Shown here: positions 1 through 9,245 of the stretch, one piece after another
Layout: each line of letters starts with the position of its first letter
How positions within the stretch are numbered: position 1 is the stretch's first letter
Source of the DNA: Clostridia bacterium
GTDB lineage: Bacteria > Bacillota > Clostridia > Oscillospirales > CAG-272
Length of the DNA: 64,000 nt
NCBI GenBank assembly: GCA_017443595.1
Contig: JAFSYU010000033.1
Span: 201,414 to 265,413, forward strand
Reading direction: 5' to 3'
Translations under genes and position numbers: made by a program
Notes under the pieces: model-generated
Told to the model about the DNA's origin: nothing
Databases searched by the model: none
Seen by the model: only the letters and a program-made list of their open reading frames with translations

Positions 1-2
1 GA

Positions 3-839
3 CTGCAGGATCCGTTAGCGGAGCTTGTCAAGATAGATCCTAAATCCATAGGCGTAGGTCAGTATCAGCACGATATGAAGCCGGCAAGGCTTGACGAGGC
101 GCTGACGGGCGTTGTTGAAGGCTGCGTCAACTCTGTCGGCGTTGACGTGAATACGGCGTCGCATTCGCTGTTATCGTACATTTCCGGCATTAATGCGGCT
201 TCGGCAAAGAATATAGTCAAATACCGCGAGGAAAACGGCGAATTCAAGTCAAGAGACGAACTGCTGAACGTTCCGAGGATAGGCGCCAAAGCGTACGAAC
301 AGTGCGCGGGCTTCTTACGCGTGCCTCACGGCAAAAACGTGCTTGACAATACGGGCGTCCACCCGGAATCGTATCAGGCGGCAAACGCTTTGCTTACACA
401 TTTCGGTCTTACGTCGGACGACGTGACGAAAGGTCAGGTTGCAGATCTTCCCGAGCTTGTAAAAGAGGAGGGAAGCAAAAAGCTGTGTGAAGAGCTCGGC
501 ATAGGCGCGCCGACGCTTGCGGATATAGTAAAAGAGCTCGTGAAGCCCGGCCGCGATCTGCGCGACGACTTTACGCCGCCCGTCCTGCGCGACGATATAC
601 TTGATATGAACGATCTCAAAGAGGGTATGGAGCTTACCGGCGTTGTAAGAAACGTAATAGATTTCGGCGCTTTTGTAGATATCGGCGTACACCAGGACGG
701 TCTCGTTCACGTATCCCAGATATCAAATAAATATATAAAGCATCCGTCGGAAGTTTTGTCCGTAGGAGACGTTGTAAAAGTCAAGGTGCTTACGGTCGAT
801 ACGGCAAAGAAGCGCATAGGCTTGACGATGAAATTTTAA
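3..839 (+). CDS. tex: Tex-like transcription accessory protein, C-terminal part (5' end lies outside the window)
   Basis: The frame is open from base 3 (LQDPLAELVKIDPKSIGVGQYQHD...). It continues through helix-hairpin-helix-like segments to a C-terminal S1 RNA-binding domain (GVVRNVIDFGAFVDIGVHQDGLVHVSQIS...VKVKVLTVDTAKKRIGLTMK). Confidence 0.85.
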   Translation: MQDPLAELVKIDPKSIGVGQYQHDMKPARLDEALTGVVEGCVNSVGVDVNTASHSLLSYISGINAASAKNIVKYREENGEFKSRDELLNVPRIGAKAYEQCAGFLRVPHGKNVLDNTGVHPESYQAANALLTHFGLTSDDVTKGQVADLPELVKEEGSKKLCEELGIGAPTLADIVKELVKPGRDLRDDFTPPVLRDDILDMNDLKEGMELTGVVRNVIDFGAFVDIGVHQDGLVHVSQISNKYIKHPSEVLSVGDVVKVKVLTVDTAKKRIGLTMKF

Positions 840-893
840 TAAAATTTACAAAGCGAATATATGTTCGCGGCACAGTCGCGTACATTCGACATT

Positions 894-914
894 ATTTGTG
901 CAACCTGCACAAAT
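894..914. promoter_or_regulatory. Perfect 9-bp-arm palindrome ATTTGTGCA-acc-TGCACAAAT upstream of the sugar ABC ATPase gene. Candidate operator.
   Basis: The inverted repeat was read directly from the sequence. No T-run follows, so it is not a typical terminator. It lies about 95 bp upstream of the 1007 start. Confidence 0.25.
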
Positions 915-1006
915 ACGAACAGTAAAATTTGGAGAATAAATATCTTTAAAAATTCAAATTTATCTGTTATAATATAATGCGTTGATAAATGTTTTGGAGG
1001 ATATTA

Positions 1007-2127
1007 TGGCAAGTTTATCATTAAAGCATATTTATAAAAAGTATCCCGGCGGCGTTGTGGCCGTATCGGACTTTTGCCTTGAGATCAAGGATAAGGAATT
1101 CATCGTATTCGTCGGTCCTTCCGGCTGCGGTAAATCCACCACGCTCCGTATGATAGCGGGTCTTGAAGAGATCACGGAAGGCGAGCTTTTCATAGGCGAC
1201 AAGCTCGTTAACGACGTTGCGCCTAAGGACAGAGACATAGCAATGGTGTTCCAGAACTACGCTCTTTATCCGCATATGACAGTTTTTGAAAATATGGCGT
1301 TCGGTCTTAAACTCCGCAAAACTCCGAAGGAGGAGATCAAGCGCAGAGTTGAAGAAGCCGCGCGTATACTTGACATAAACCACCTGCTTGAAAGACGTCC
1401 GAAGGCTCTGTCCGGCGGTCAGAAACAGCGTGTTGCGCTGGGCCGTGCTATAGTACGTAATCCTAAGGTCTTCTTGCTTGACGAGCCGCTGTCAAACCTT
1501 GACGCTAAACTCCGTGCAACGATGAGAACCGAGCTTACGCTGATTCACAAGAGACTTGGTACAACGTTCGTATACGTTACGCACGACCAGGTCGAGGCTA
1601 TGACGATGGCTTCGCGTATAGTCGTTATGAAAGACGGTAAGATCCAGCAGGTAGATACGCCTCAGAACCTTTACGATATGCCTAACAAGCTGTTCGTTGC
1701 ACAGTTCATAGGAACACCGCAGATGAACACGTTTGACTGCACGATCAAAGAAAAAGGCGAAGATCTCTACATCGTATTCGGTGAAAACGAGCTCAAACTG
1801 CCGAAGGAAAAATCAACCAATCCCGCTCTGCGTGAATATATAGGAAAAGACGTTATAGCCGGTATCCGTCCGGAGTGCATACACGATGAACCGATGTATC
1901 TCTCCCAGTTCCCGGACACCTGCATTGACGCAAACGTTGAAGTTACCGAGCTTATGGGTGCTGAAATATTCCTGTATTTGTCCGCTGTCGGCGCGGAAGA
2001 CGTGAAGATGACCGCAAGAGTTTCCTCACGTTCCACCGCAAGAGCCGGCGACACGGTCAAGATCGCTATAGATATCGCAAGACTCCATATCTTTGACAAA
2101 GATACAGAGGAATGTGTCTGCCACTGA
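1007..2127 (+). CDS. Sugar ABC transporter ATP-binding protein, MsmK/MsmX/MalK/UgpC type (orphan multitask ATPase)
   Basis: Walker [10 protein letters not shown], signature [14 protein letters not shown], Walker [12 protein letters not shown], and a C-terminal MalK-like regulatory domain. The ATG at 1007 is preceded by GGAGG (996-1000). The TTG at 982 in the ORF track is unlikely to be the start. Confidence 0.9.
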
Positions 2128-2146
2128 TATAAAATAAAAAATACTG

Positions 2147-2171
2147 CAGCGGAGCGAACGCTCCGCTGTTT
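2147..2171 (+). terminator. Rho-independent terminator candidate after the ABC ATPase gene
   Basis: Stem cagcggagc/gctccgctg followed by ttt. Confidence 0.55.
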
Positions 2172-2204
2172 GACTAATACGACGTTTTTGAAAGGTATAA
2201 CGAT

Positions 2205-4184
2205 ATGAAAAAATTTACGGCGCTGCTTCTTGCCACTTTATTCATAACATGCGCTTTTTGCTCATGTGCTGGCAATACGCCCGATTCGTCAGATACTGCC
2301 GATACTGGCGTTACCGTGACGGAAGAGGTCACGGAAAAACAGGAAAACGTTTATCCGTCGGACAACGATAATTATGCGGGTACTCCCGCTTATACAGTGG
2401 ACGGCGATAAAATAGTAGTGGACGGCGTTTCGTATCCCAATAACAAGAATATGACAAACGGTATAACCTACGCCGTGGACGATCTCGGACGCGAAGTAAG
2501 GATATCCGGCGATACGTTTGCGGAAGAAGGAACAAGAAACGTAGGCGTATTCTACTTTCTGTGGATGGGAGAGCACGGCGACAACGGCGCGCTTGATATG
2601 ACCAAAATCATGGAAGAAGGCGGAGACGCCGCCAAAAAATCCTCATACAGCGGCTGGGGTCCCGTAGGCGCCATGCATTTCTGGGGCGAGCCTTTGTACG
2701 GTTACTATTATTCAAGCGATAAATGGGTAATGAGAAAGCATATTGAAATGCTTACTTTAGCAGAAGTTGATTTCCTTTATCTTGACGTTACAAACGCGCA
2801 GCCGTATCTTTCAAACGCGGCTTCGCTTATGAAGATAATTCAGGAATATCACGATCAGGGATTCAATCCTCCTCAGGTGGTGTTCTATACGAATTCATCA
2901 AGCGCGGCGACGGTCAGCAAGATCTACGCCGGTATTTATAAAAACAATTCATACCCTGACGCGTGGTATTATCTTGACGGAAAGCCGCTTATAATAGCGT
3001 TTGAAGAAGAATGCAGAAAATCTCTGCCCAAGGAAATGGCGGATTTCTTCACCTACCGTGAACCGCAATGGCCTAACGAAACGCAGAAAAAGAACGCGTG
3101 GCCGTGGATGGATTTCACAAGACCTCAGAGAGTGTTCAAAAACAAAAGCGGCGAAAAGGAAGCGATAAGCGTCTCCGTCGCTCAGCACAGCGGCACTATC
3201 TGTTTCTCGGATTCCGCGTTTTACGGCGACAGAACGAACCGCGGCAGGAGTTTCCATAACAAAAAGAACGACGATTCGGAAGGCGCCACGCTCTACGGCT
3301 ATAACTTCCAGGAGCAGTGGGACAGAGCGATCAAAGCGGACGTAAAGAACGTTTTGGTCACCGGCTGGAACGAGTGGGTCGCGCAGAGACAGGATCCTAA
3401 TCAGCTCGGACGTTCCGGTCAGGTAGTGTTCGTGGATACGGCTTCCATGGAGTTTTCGCGTGATATTGAGCCGATGAGAGGCGGGTATTTTGACAACTAC
3501 TATATGCAGCTTATCGACAATATACGCAGATACAAGGGCGTTGCTCCCACGCTTGTTCAGGATACGAGAAAAGTCATAGAACTTGACGGCGAATTTGACC
3601 AGTGGAACGACGTGCTCGTTACGTATTCGGACCCGACCGGCGACTGCGACAAACGCCGCAACCGCTGCTTCGGCAACGGCAAAGTTGAAGACGATTCCGG
3701 CAACAATGATTTAAGAAACGCAAAAGTCACCCACGACACGAAATATCTGTATTTCTATATCGACGTTCCGGAAACGTACGGCGAAGGCGAAGAAAACTAT
3801 ATCACGGCGCATACGCCGGATACTTCCTGGATGCAGATATTCATAAACACGGATATGGACGCGTCAACCGGTTTTTACGGATTTGACTATATTATAAACA
3901 ACACCGTAAAAGACAGTAAGACGTCAACGCTTGCAAAAGCGACGTCCAACGGTACGGAATTTGCGTTTGAAGACTCGGCTGATATCGAATACAGGGTAAA
4001 AGGCACGCAGATGATGATAAAAGTCGCGCTTGAAGACCTCGGCATAACCGATTATTCAAAGATAAAATTCGCGTTCAAATGGGTGGACAGCAACACGAAG
4101 ATAACCACGATGGAACAGATGTATTCTGAAGGCGACTGCGCGCCGCTTGGAAGATTGAGCTATGTGTTCCAGAATTACAAATAA
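2205..4184 (+). CDS. Secreted or lipoprotein putative glycoside hydrolase of an uncharacterised family, with a C-terminal beta-sandwich (CBM-like) domain
   Basis: Signal peptide ending in a Cys-rich lipobox-like stretch. Conserved blocks VGVFYFLWMGEHG, HFWGEPLYGYYYSSDKWVMRKHIEMLTLAEVDFLYLDVTN and VTGWNEWVAQR are shared with the paralog at 9532-12663. I cannot assign a family without a profile search. Confidence 0.6.
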   Translation: MKKFTALLLATLFITCAFCSCAGNTPDSSDTADTGVTVTEEVTEKQENVYPSDNDNYAGTPAYTVDGDKIVVDGVSYPNNKNMTNGITYAVDDLGREVRISGDTFAEEGTRNVGVFYFLWMGEHGDNGALDMTKIMEEGGDAAKKSSYSGWGPVGAMHFWGEPLYGYYYSSDKWVMRKHIEMLTLAEVDFLYLDVTNAQPYLSNAASLMKIIQEYHDQGFNPPQVVFYTNSSSAATVSKIYAGIYKNNSYPDAWYYLDGKPLIIAFEEECRKSLPKEMADFFTYREPQWPNETQKKNAWPWMDFTRPQRVFKNKSGEKEAISVSVAQHSGTICFSDSAFYGDRTNRGRSFHNKKNDDSEGATLYGYNFQEQWDRAIKADVKNVLVTGWNEWVAQRQDPNQLGRSGQVVFVDTASMEFSRDIEPMRGGYFDNYYMQLIDNIRRYKGVAPTLVQDTRKVIELDGEFDQWNDVLVTYSDPTGDCDKRRNRCFGNGKVEDDSGNNDLRNAKVTHDTKYLYFYIDVPETYGEGEENYITAHTPDTSWMQIFINTDMDASTGFYGFDYIINNTVKDSKTSTLAKATSNGTEFAFEDSADIEYRVKGTQMMIKVALEDLGITDYSKIKFAFKWVDSNTKITTMEQMYSEGDCAPLGRLSYVFQNYK

Positions 4185-4187
4185 TAC

Positions 4188-4212
4188 AAAAGGCGGTTTT
4201 AAACCGCCTTTT
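4188..4212. terminator. Bidirectional terminator between convergent genes
   Basis: aaaaggcgg-ttttaaa-ccgcctttt, with A-run and T-run flanks. Confidence 0.7.
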
Positions 4213-4215
4213 AGG

Positions 4216-4803
4216 TTATTTCTGATTTTGTTTTCTTATAAGCGTCTGCATACATTTGTAGCACATCGCTTTATACGTTTCGTTGCCGCCTAAAACTACC
4301 TGTTCGCCCTCGGTCTCAACTTTTCCGTCTTTTGAAAACCTTACGTTGCACGTGGCTTTTGATCCGCATTGACAGATCGTTTTTATCTCCGTTATGGATT
4401 CTGCAAGTTCAAGCAGTCTGCGCGATCCCGGAAACAGATGAAGCATAAAATCCGTACGCAGACCGAAGCACAGTACCGGGATATCTTCCCACACGGCTAT
4501 CTCATGCAGCTGATCTATCTGCTCCGGCGTAAAAAACTGGGCCTCGTCCGCTATTATAACGTCCGTGTTTTTTGCCTGAGCTTTGCTGAAAATCTTTTGT
4601 ATATCGTCTTTTGGCCGTATAACGTCTGCCGGCGCGGAAAGACCTATGCGAGATTTGATTATATCCGCGCCGTCTCTCGTATCGCTTGAAGGCTTTATGA
4701 GCCAGACGCGCATACCCATTTCTATATAATTGAATCTCGTTATAAGCGCCTGCGCCGTTTTAGACGAGCCCATTGCGCCGTATTTGAAATATAATTTTGC
4801 CAT
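4216..4803 (-). CDS. tdk: Thymidine kinase
   Basis: P-loop YGAMGSSKT, acceptor site DEAQFF, and a C-terminal zinc motif CQCGSKATCNVR...CYKC. The 195-aa length is typical. Confidence 0.93.
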   Translation of the reverse strand: MAKLYFKYGAMGSSKTAQALITRFNYIEMGMRVWLIKPSSDTRDGADIIKSRIGLSAPADVIRPKDDIQKIFSKAQAKNTDVIIADEAQFFTPEQIDQLHEIAVWEDIPVLCFGLRTDFMLHLFPGSRRLLELAESITEIKTICQCGSKATCNVRFSKDGKVETEGEQVVLGGNETYKAMCYKCMQTLIRKQNQK

Positions 4804-4806
4804 AGT

Positions 4807-5061
4807 TTACGTATTTTCACCAAGCTTACTAAGGTCTTTTATACAGCGCGCACAGACCTGCTTGTTTTTAAAAACGGATACGTTTTTAGTACTGCCGCAG
4901 AAAACGCAGGCGGGCTGATATTTTTTGAGTATTATCTTATCGTCTTCCGTAAATATCTCAACAGAATCACGGTTGTCTATACCGAGGATACAGCGGAGCT
5001 CGATGGGCAGCACTATCCTTCCCACCTCGTCTACCTTTCTTACAATTCCCGTAGATTTCAT
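4807..5061 (-). CDS. AbrB/SpoVT-family DNA-binding protein with a C-terminal CxxC...CxxC zinc-ribbon tail
   Basis: N-terminal swapped-hairpin motif GIVRKVDEVGRIVLPIELRCILGI. The C-terminus carries CVFCGS...CARCIKDL. The stop is 4 nt from the tdk start. Confidence 0.8.
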   Translation of the reverse strand: MKSTGIVRKVDEVGRIVLPIELRCILGIDNRDSVEIFTEDDKIILKKYQPACVFCGSTKNVSVFKNKQVCARCIKDLSKLGENT

Positions 5062-5229
5062 AATTATATAAAATTCTCCTTAATGTACTGAGTATATTTA
5101 TATTACCACAAAATACGACATATAAAAAGGGATTTAATTTGAATATTATAATAAAGAATTGGGAAAATTTGTAAATTCGTAAAAGATGCGCGCAAATAAC
5201 GCCGCCGATCCGAAAAGTAATGATTTTTA

Positions 5230-5258
5230 TTGACAAACCGCATAAAAAATGATAAAAT
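5230..5258 (+). promoter_or_regulatory. Sigma-A-type promoter candidate for the GH20-GNAT gene
   Basis: TTGACA (5230-5235), a 17-nt spacer, then TAAAAT (5253-5258). A GGAGA ribosome-binding site lies before the ATG at 5286. Confidence 0.5.
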
Positions 5259-5285
5259 ATAATAAAAACCGCATCGGAGATATAT

Positions 5286-7214
5286 ATGATACCAAAAATC
5301 ATTCCGCAGCCGAAAAAAGCTGTTATAAAAGAAGGAAAACTGACGCCGGGCAAAACAGTATCAGATGAAAGATTCGGCGCCGCGGCAACGGCTTATGAGC
5401 AATACAAAAATGAACTGGGTTATGAGCCCGGGGACGCTGCCGTTTATCTGAAATACGCGGACAATATAAAAAAAGAAGCGTATTCGATAAGATGCGGCGA
5501 AGGCAGGATAGATATTTACGCGTCTGACCTTGCAGGCGCCAATAACGCCTTATCAGTTCTGCTTCAGCTCGCCGCGGAGAGCGGCGGAGAGATAGAAGCA
5601 ACGGATATTGACGACGAGCCGGACTGCGAATACAGAGGCATAATGATAGATATAGCGCGTATCTGGCATCCGCTTGAATATCTGTTAAAATACGTGGATC
5701 TGTGCCGTTATTACAGATTTTCGTATCTTCATCTGCATTTTTCGGATACGCAGAGCTATACGCTGCCGTGCAAGGATTTTCCAAACCTGACTGCAAAAGA
5801 CAGACACTATACTTATGAGCAAATTAAGCAGCTGAACGAATACGCGTATGAAAGAGGCGTAAAAATAATGCCGGAGATCGACGTTCCCGGTCATTGTACG
5901 CCGTTTTTACAGTCGTATCCCGAGATATTCGGTCACGGCGAGATAATAGGATACCATAAAGAAGTATTCGACGCGTTTGAGAAAATATTGGGCGAGTTGT
6001 GCGAAATGTTCCCGTATTCGGACAGGATACACGTAGGCGGAGACGAAGCGGATATAAAACAGTGGCTGCAATGCGAAAAATGTCTTTCGTATGCAAAGGA
6101 AAACGGAATACCGGCGGATGAAGACGAAAGGCTTTCAGCCGAGCGTATACTTGCGTCTTTCGTTGCAAAACTGTCTGAAATTATACTTAAACACGGTAAA
6201 ACTCCGGTGGTTTGGGAAGGCTTCTGCAAAGAAGTAAATTACCTTGTCCCGAAAACGACGGAAGTGTTTTCGTGGGAAAACTACTATCAGACGACGCCGG
6301 AGCTTATAGAAGCCGGATATACTGTAATAAACGGCTCATGGTGTCCTAACTACGTTGTAGAGCCGGCTGTAATGTGGAGCGTAAAAGACTGCTTTGACTG
6401 GGATATTTTCACGTTCAGACCCGTGCATCCGCAGTCACCGTATATCAACTCAACTTTAAAAGTACCGCCTTATGAAAAGATGATAGGCGGGCAGCTGCTG
6501 TCCTGGGGAGATTTCGGCGCAAGATCAAATCAGCCGCAAAGACATCTGATAGGCGAATTTGAAAAAGTGGCGGAGCGCGCCGCCGCGACTGCGGAAAACA
6601 CGTGGAACAAAGAAAAAAATGTAACGTACGAAGAATTTATAAAAGCTCATGAAGTACAGAATAAAGCGGTTTGCCGTTTGTTCAATTACAAGTACATAAA
6701 AACAAAAAGATTTATTCTGCGGCCTTTTAAAAAATCCGATATAGAAGACGCCAAAGCGTACTGTCAGTCGCTTGTTGACGAGGAGTTTGAAGAATTCGAT
6801 CCGGAACTGTCAGGCAGCTTTGTTGACAAGTGTATTCAATACACGCAAAAAGCGCAGCCGGATAACTACTGCTTTGCAATAGAGCTTGACGGAATCGTTA
6901 TAGGCGGCTGCAATATAGATATTATCGACGAATACACCGGCAACGTCGGCTGGTACGTGCATAAAGCGCATCAGAACAAAGGCTACGCCACGGAAGCGGG
7001 AAAAGAAATGCTTAAATTCGGATTTGAGTATCTCGGTCTGCACAGGATAGAGGCGCATTGCCATATAAACAACGTAAGATCGTATAAAGTCATGGAAAAG
7101 CTTCACATGAGGCGCGAAGGTTTGAATAAAAAAGATCACAAATACAAAGGCGGCGTGTGGGGAGACTCTTACTGCTACGCCATTCTTGAGGAGGAATATA
7201 AAAATGAACGCTAA
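5286..7214 (+). CDS. GH20 beta-N-acetylhexosaminidase fused to a C-terminal RimJ/RimL-type GNAT N-acetyltransferase
   Basis: GH20 catalytic-domain blocks GIMIDIARIWHP, LHLHFSDTQSY, EIDVPGHC and HVGGDEA. The C-terminal ~170 aa has the GNAT core QNKGYATEAGKEMLKFGFEYLGLHRIEAHCHINNVRSYKVMEKLHMRREG. There is no signal peptide, and the ORF is a single uninterrupted frame. Confidence 0.8.
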   Translation: MIPKIIPQPKKAVIKEGKLTPGKTVSDERFGAAATAYEQYKNELGYEPGDAAVYLKYADNIKKEAYSIRCGEGRIDIYASDLAGANNALSVLLQLAAESGGEIEATDIDDEPDCEYRGIMIDIARIWHPLEYLLKYVDLCRYYRFSYLHLHFSDTQSYTLPCKDFPNLTAKDRHYTYEQIKQLNEYAYERGVKIMPEIDVPGHCTPFLQSYPEIFGHGEIIGYHKEVFDAFEKILGELCEMFPYSDRIHVGGDEADIKQWLQCEKCLSYAKENGIPADEDERLSAERILASFVAKLSEIILKHGKTPVVWEGFCKEVNYLVPKTTEVFSWENYYQTTPELIEAGYTVINGSWCPNYVVEPAVMWSVKDCFDWDIFTFRPVHPQSPYINSTLKVPPYEKMIGGQLLSWGDFGARSNQPQRHLIGEFEKVAERAAATAENTWNKEKNVTYEEFIKAHEVQNKAVCRLFNYKYIKTKRFILRPFKKSDIEDAKAYCQSLVDEEFEEFDPELSGSFVDKCIQYTQKAQPDNYCFAIELDGIVIGGCNIDIIDEYTGNVGWYVHKAHQNKGYATEAGKEMLKFGFEYLGLHRIEAHCHINNVRSYKVMEKLHMRREGLNKKDHKYKGGVWGDSYCYAILEEEYKNER

Positions 7215-7833
7215 CGTTTTTAAGAAAAACGAACTTTTGGCTGCACAGGTGATAAAAGGACTTAATTCAAGAAATATGAGCGGATACTACGCAAAAAACA
7301 AAGAAGAAGCGCTTAAAACAGCGCTCGACCTGATACCGAAAAAAAGCAGCGTTACAATGGGCGGCTGTACGAGCTCCGATGAGATAGGTCTTACCGACGC
7401 GCTGAAAAACGGCGATTATAACTTCATTGACCGAAATAAATACGAGGACAGACGCGCCGCTATGCTTGACGGGTACGGTGCTGACGTGTTCATATCAAGC
7501 GTTAACGCCATGTCCGACGACGGCGTGCTTATAAATATTGACGGCAACGCAAACAGAGTGTCGGCTATCGCCAACGGACCGAAAAAGGTAGTGTTCATAG
7601 TCGGTATGAATAAAGTCTGTCCCGATACCGATACGGCAATGAAACGCGCAAGAAACGTAGCCGCGCCGTCAAACGCGCAGCGCTTCGGTCTTTCAACACC
7701 GTGCGCGTCAACGGGCAAATGCTTTGACTGCAAATCGCCGGATACTATATGCTGCCAGTTTCTTATAACGAGATATTCAAGGCATAAAGACAGGATACAC
7801 GTTATTTTAGTAAACGAAGATCTCGGATTTTAA
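7204..7833 (+). CDS. LUD-domain (YkgG/LutC-like, DUF162) protein
   Basis: The length and sequence pattern (GGCTSSDEIGL..., NAMSDDGVLINIDGNANRVSA, FIVGMNKVCPD) are typical of LUD-domain proteins. The ATG at 7204 (MNANVF) overlaps the upstream stop. The 7186 start is less likely. Confidence 0.7.
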   Translation: MNANVFKKNELLAAQVIKGLNSRNMSGYYAKNKEEALKTALDLIPKKSSVTMGGCTSSDEIGLTDALKNGDYNFIDRNKYEDRRAAMLDGYGADVFISSVNAMSDDGVLINIDGNANRVSAIANGPKKVVFIVGMNKVCPDTDTAMKRARNVAAPSNAQRFGLSTPCASTGKCFDCKSPDTICCQFLITRYSRHKDRIHVILVNEDLGF

Positions 7834-7852
7834 GTAAACGGAGAGGAAAGAT

Positions 7853-9022
7853 ATGAAGAAGATCTCAGTTTTACTGCTTATAATGATACTTATATCAGCC
7901 GTAATGACTTCATGTGTATCGCCGGATATAAATACGGTAACGACAGAGGAAGAGATAACTACAGAGACCGAAACCGAAACGGAAACGGAGACGGAGACCG
8001 AAACCGAAGAGGAAACGGAACCGGAGGACAACGAGACGACGATAGATCTTGAACTGCCGAAAAACAGCTCTGATATATCGTATGATCTTGCAAGAGATAT
8101 CCTGACTTTATGTTCCGGTTATAACGAGAAAAGCACCGCGACTCTCGTTATGAATTTCGGCTTTGAGATACTGTTTGCAAAAAATTACGATAAACCGTAT
8201 TCGGACATATCGCATACGTGCGCCTATACCGTTGCACAGGGCAAATTTAACGGCAAAAACGTGTATCTTATAGTTATCCGCGGAACCAGCGGCGGTGAAT
8301 GGTATTCAAACTTTGATTTTGCGCCGTCTCACGATAACGATACGCAGTACGCCGAAAACTTTTACATGGCGGCGCAGGATATTTACTTATCCGTAAAAGA
8401 AACGTTTGACAACGATCCGGACTCTTACAAGATCGTCTGCGGACACAGCAGAGGAGCCGCCGCGTCAAACCTTTTGGGCATGACGCTTGACAACGCCTAC
8501 GGCAAAAACAAAGTATACGTATACACCTTTGCAACTCCGAATACGGTAAGAGGTGAAGAAGCAGCAAAGGAATACGACAATATTTTCAATTTCATAAATC
8601 CGGCGGACGTTGTAACGTACGTTCCGCTTGCAGCGCACGGATTCAGCCGCGCGGGCAAGGATATAATGCTTGATACGCCCGATAAAAAGAGCAGTATAAT
8701 AACAGCTATCGAGTCTTTGTCTTATATAGCGCCGGATATCAAATCGTATTATGAAGACAAACATTCTTTAACTGCAAAAGGTCTGTCTGACGACGGTATG
8801 AGCGTGTTTGATATCCTTAAATTCATCGCTTCCATGTTTGCCGCAAATATGCAGGAAACCGATATGTCAAAACTTGCAAATATTTCAACCGAAAGCGATC
8901 TGTATCAGGCGATGGGAGTTTTAAAAGACTTTTCGGACGCCAACAAACTGCTTGTCATAGGAAGCGAACATTCCGTAACGCGTTACGCGGCTCTGCTGAG
9001 TGTAAACCGGGCGGGAGAATAA
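7853..9022 (+). CDS. Lipoprotein, class-3-lipase-like alpha/beta hydrolase
   Basis: Lipobox MTSC, an acidic Thr/Glu linker, and the nucleophile-elbow motif CGHSRGAA preceded by VIRGTSGGEW. Confidence 0.65.
   Translation: MKKISVLLLIMILISAVMTSCVSPDINTVTTEEEITTETETETETETETETEEETEPEDNETTIDLELPKNSSDISYDLARDILTLCSGYNEKSTATLVMNFGFEILFAKNYDKPYSDISHTCAYTVAQGKFNGKNVYLIVIRGTSGGEWYSNFDFAPSHDNDTQYAENFYMAAQDIYLSVKETFDNDPDSYKIVCGHSRGAAASNLLGMTLDNAYGKNKVYVYTFATPNTVRGEEAAKEYDNIFNFINPADVVTYVPLAAHGFSRAGKDIMLDTPDKKSSIITAIESLSYIAPDIKSYYEDKHSLTAKGLSDDGMSVFDILKFIASMFAANMQETDMSKLANISTESDLYQAMGVLKDFSDANKLLVIGSEHSVTRYAALLSVNRAGE
7961..8008 (+). repeat. In-frame (ACN-GAR)n hexanucleotide repeat encoding a (Thr-Glu)n linker
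   Basis: Codons aca gag acc gaa acc gaa acg gaa ... were read directly. The repeat lies inside CDS 7853-9022. Confidence 0.9.
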
Positions 9023-9060
9023 AAGGATCTGAGTTTTAAAAAACGTCATAAATACGAAGT

Positions 9061-9245
9061 GACGAGGGGGCTCTTCTTGGATTTTGCAAGGCAATTTGCA
9101 CGGCTTTCTTTGTGCGTGCCTTGCAAAATCCTACGGTCATCGCTAAAAACGATCCACCGGATCGTTTTCTTAACGCTTGTTCGAGCCCCCTCCATATCGC
9201 TTAGCATAACAAAAAACGGACACCGTTTGGTGTCCGTTTTTGTTA
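9061..9245. repeat. tRNA-linked hairpin-rich element, copy A (trailing tRNA-Val)
   Basis: - A 13-bp direct repeat of the tRNA-Val 3' part: gacgagggggctc at 9061-9073 equals 9250-9262.
- A 10-bp terminal inverted repeat: gagggggctc 9064-9073 / gagccccctc 9183-9192.
- Hairpins at 9079-9131 and 9146-9168.
- A terminator hairpin at 9209-9243.
- The core is homologous to 15361-15530. Confidence 0.8.

Noticed and set aside
7961-8008. Possible CRISPR or other spacer-repeat array, suggested by short tandem repeats at 7961-8008 and 14051-14158.
   Set aside because: The units are 6 and 9 bp, contiguous and in frame inside ORFs, where they encode TE and TPT linkers. There are no 25-40-bp repeats with unique spacers and no cas genes.
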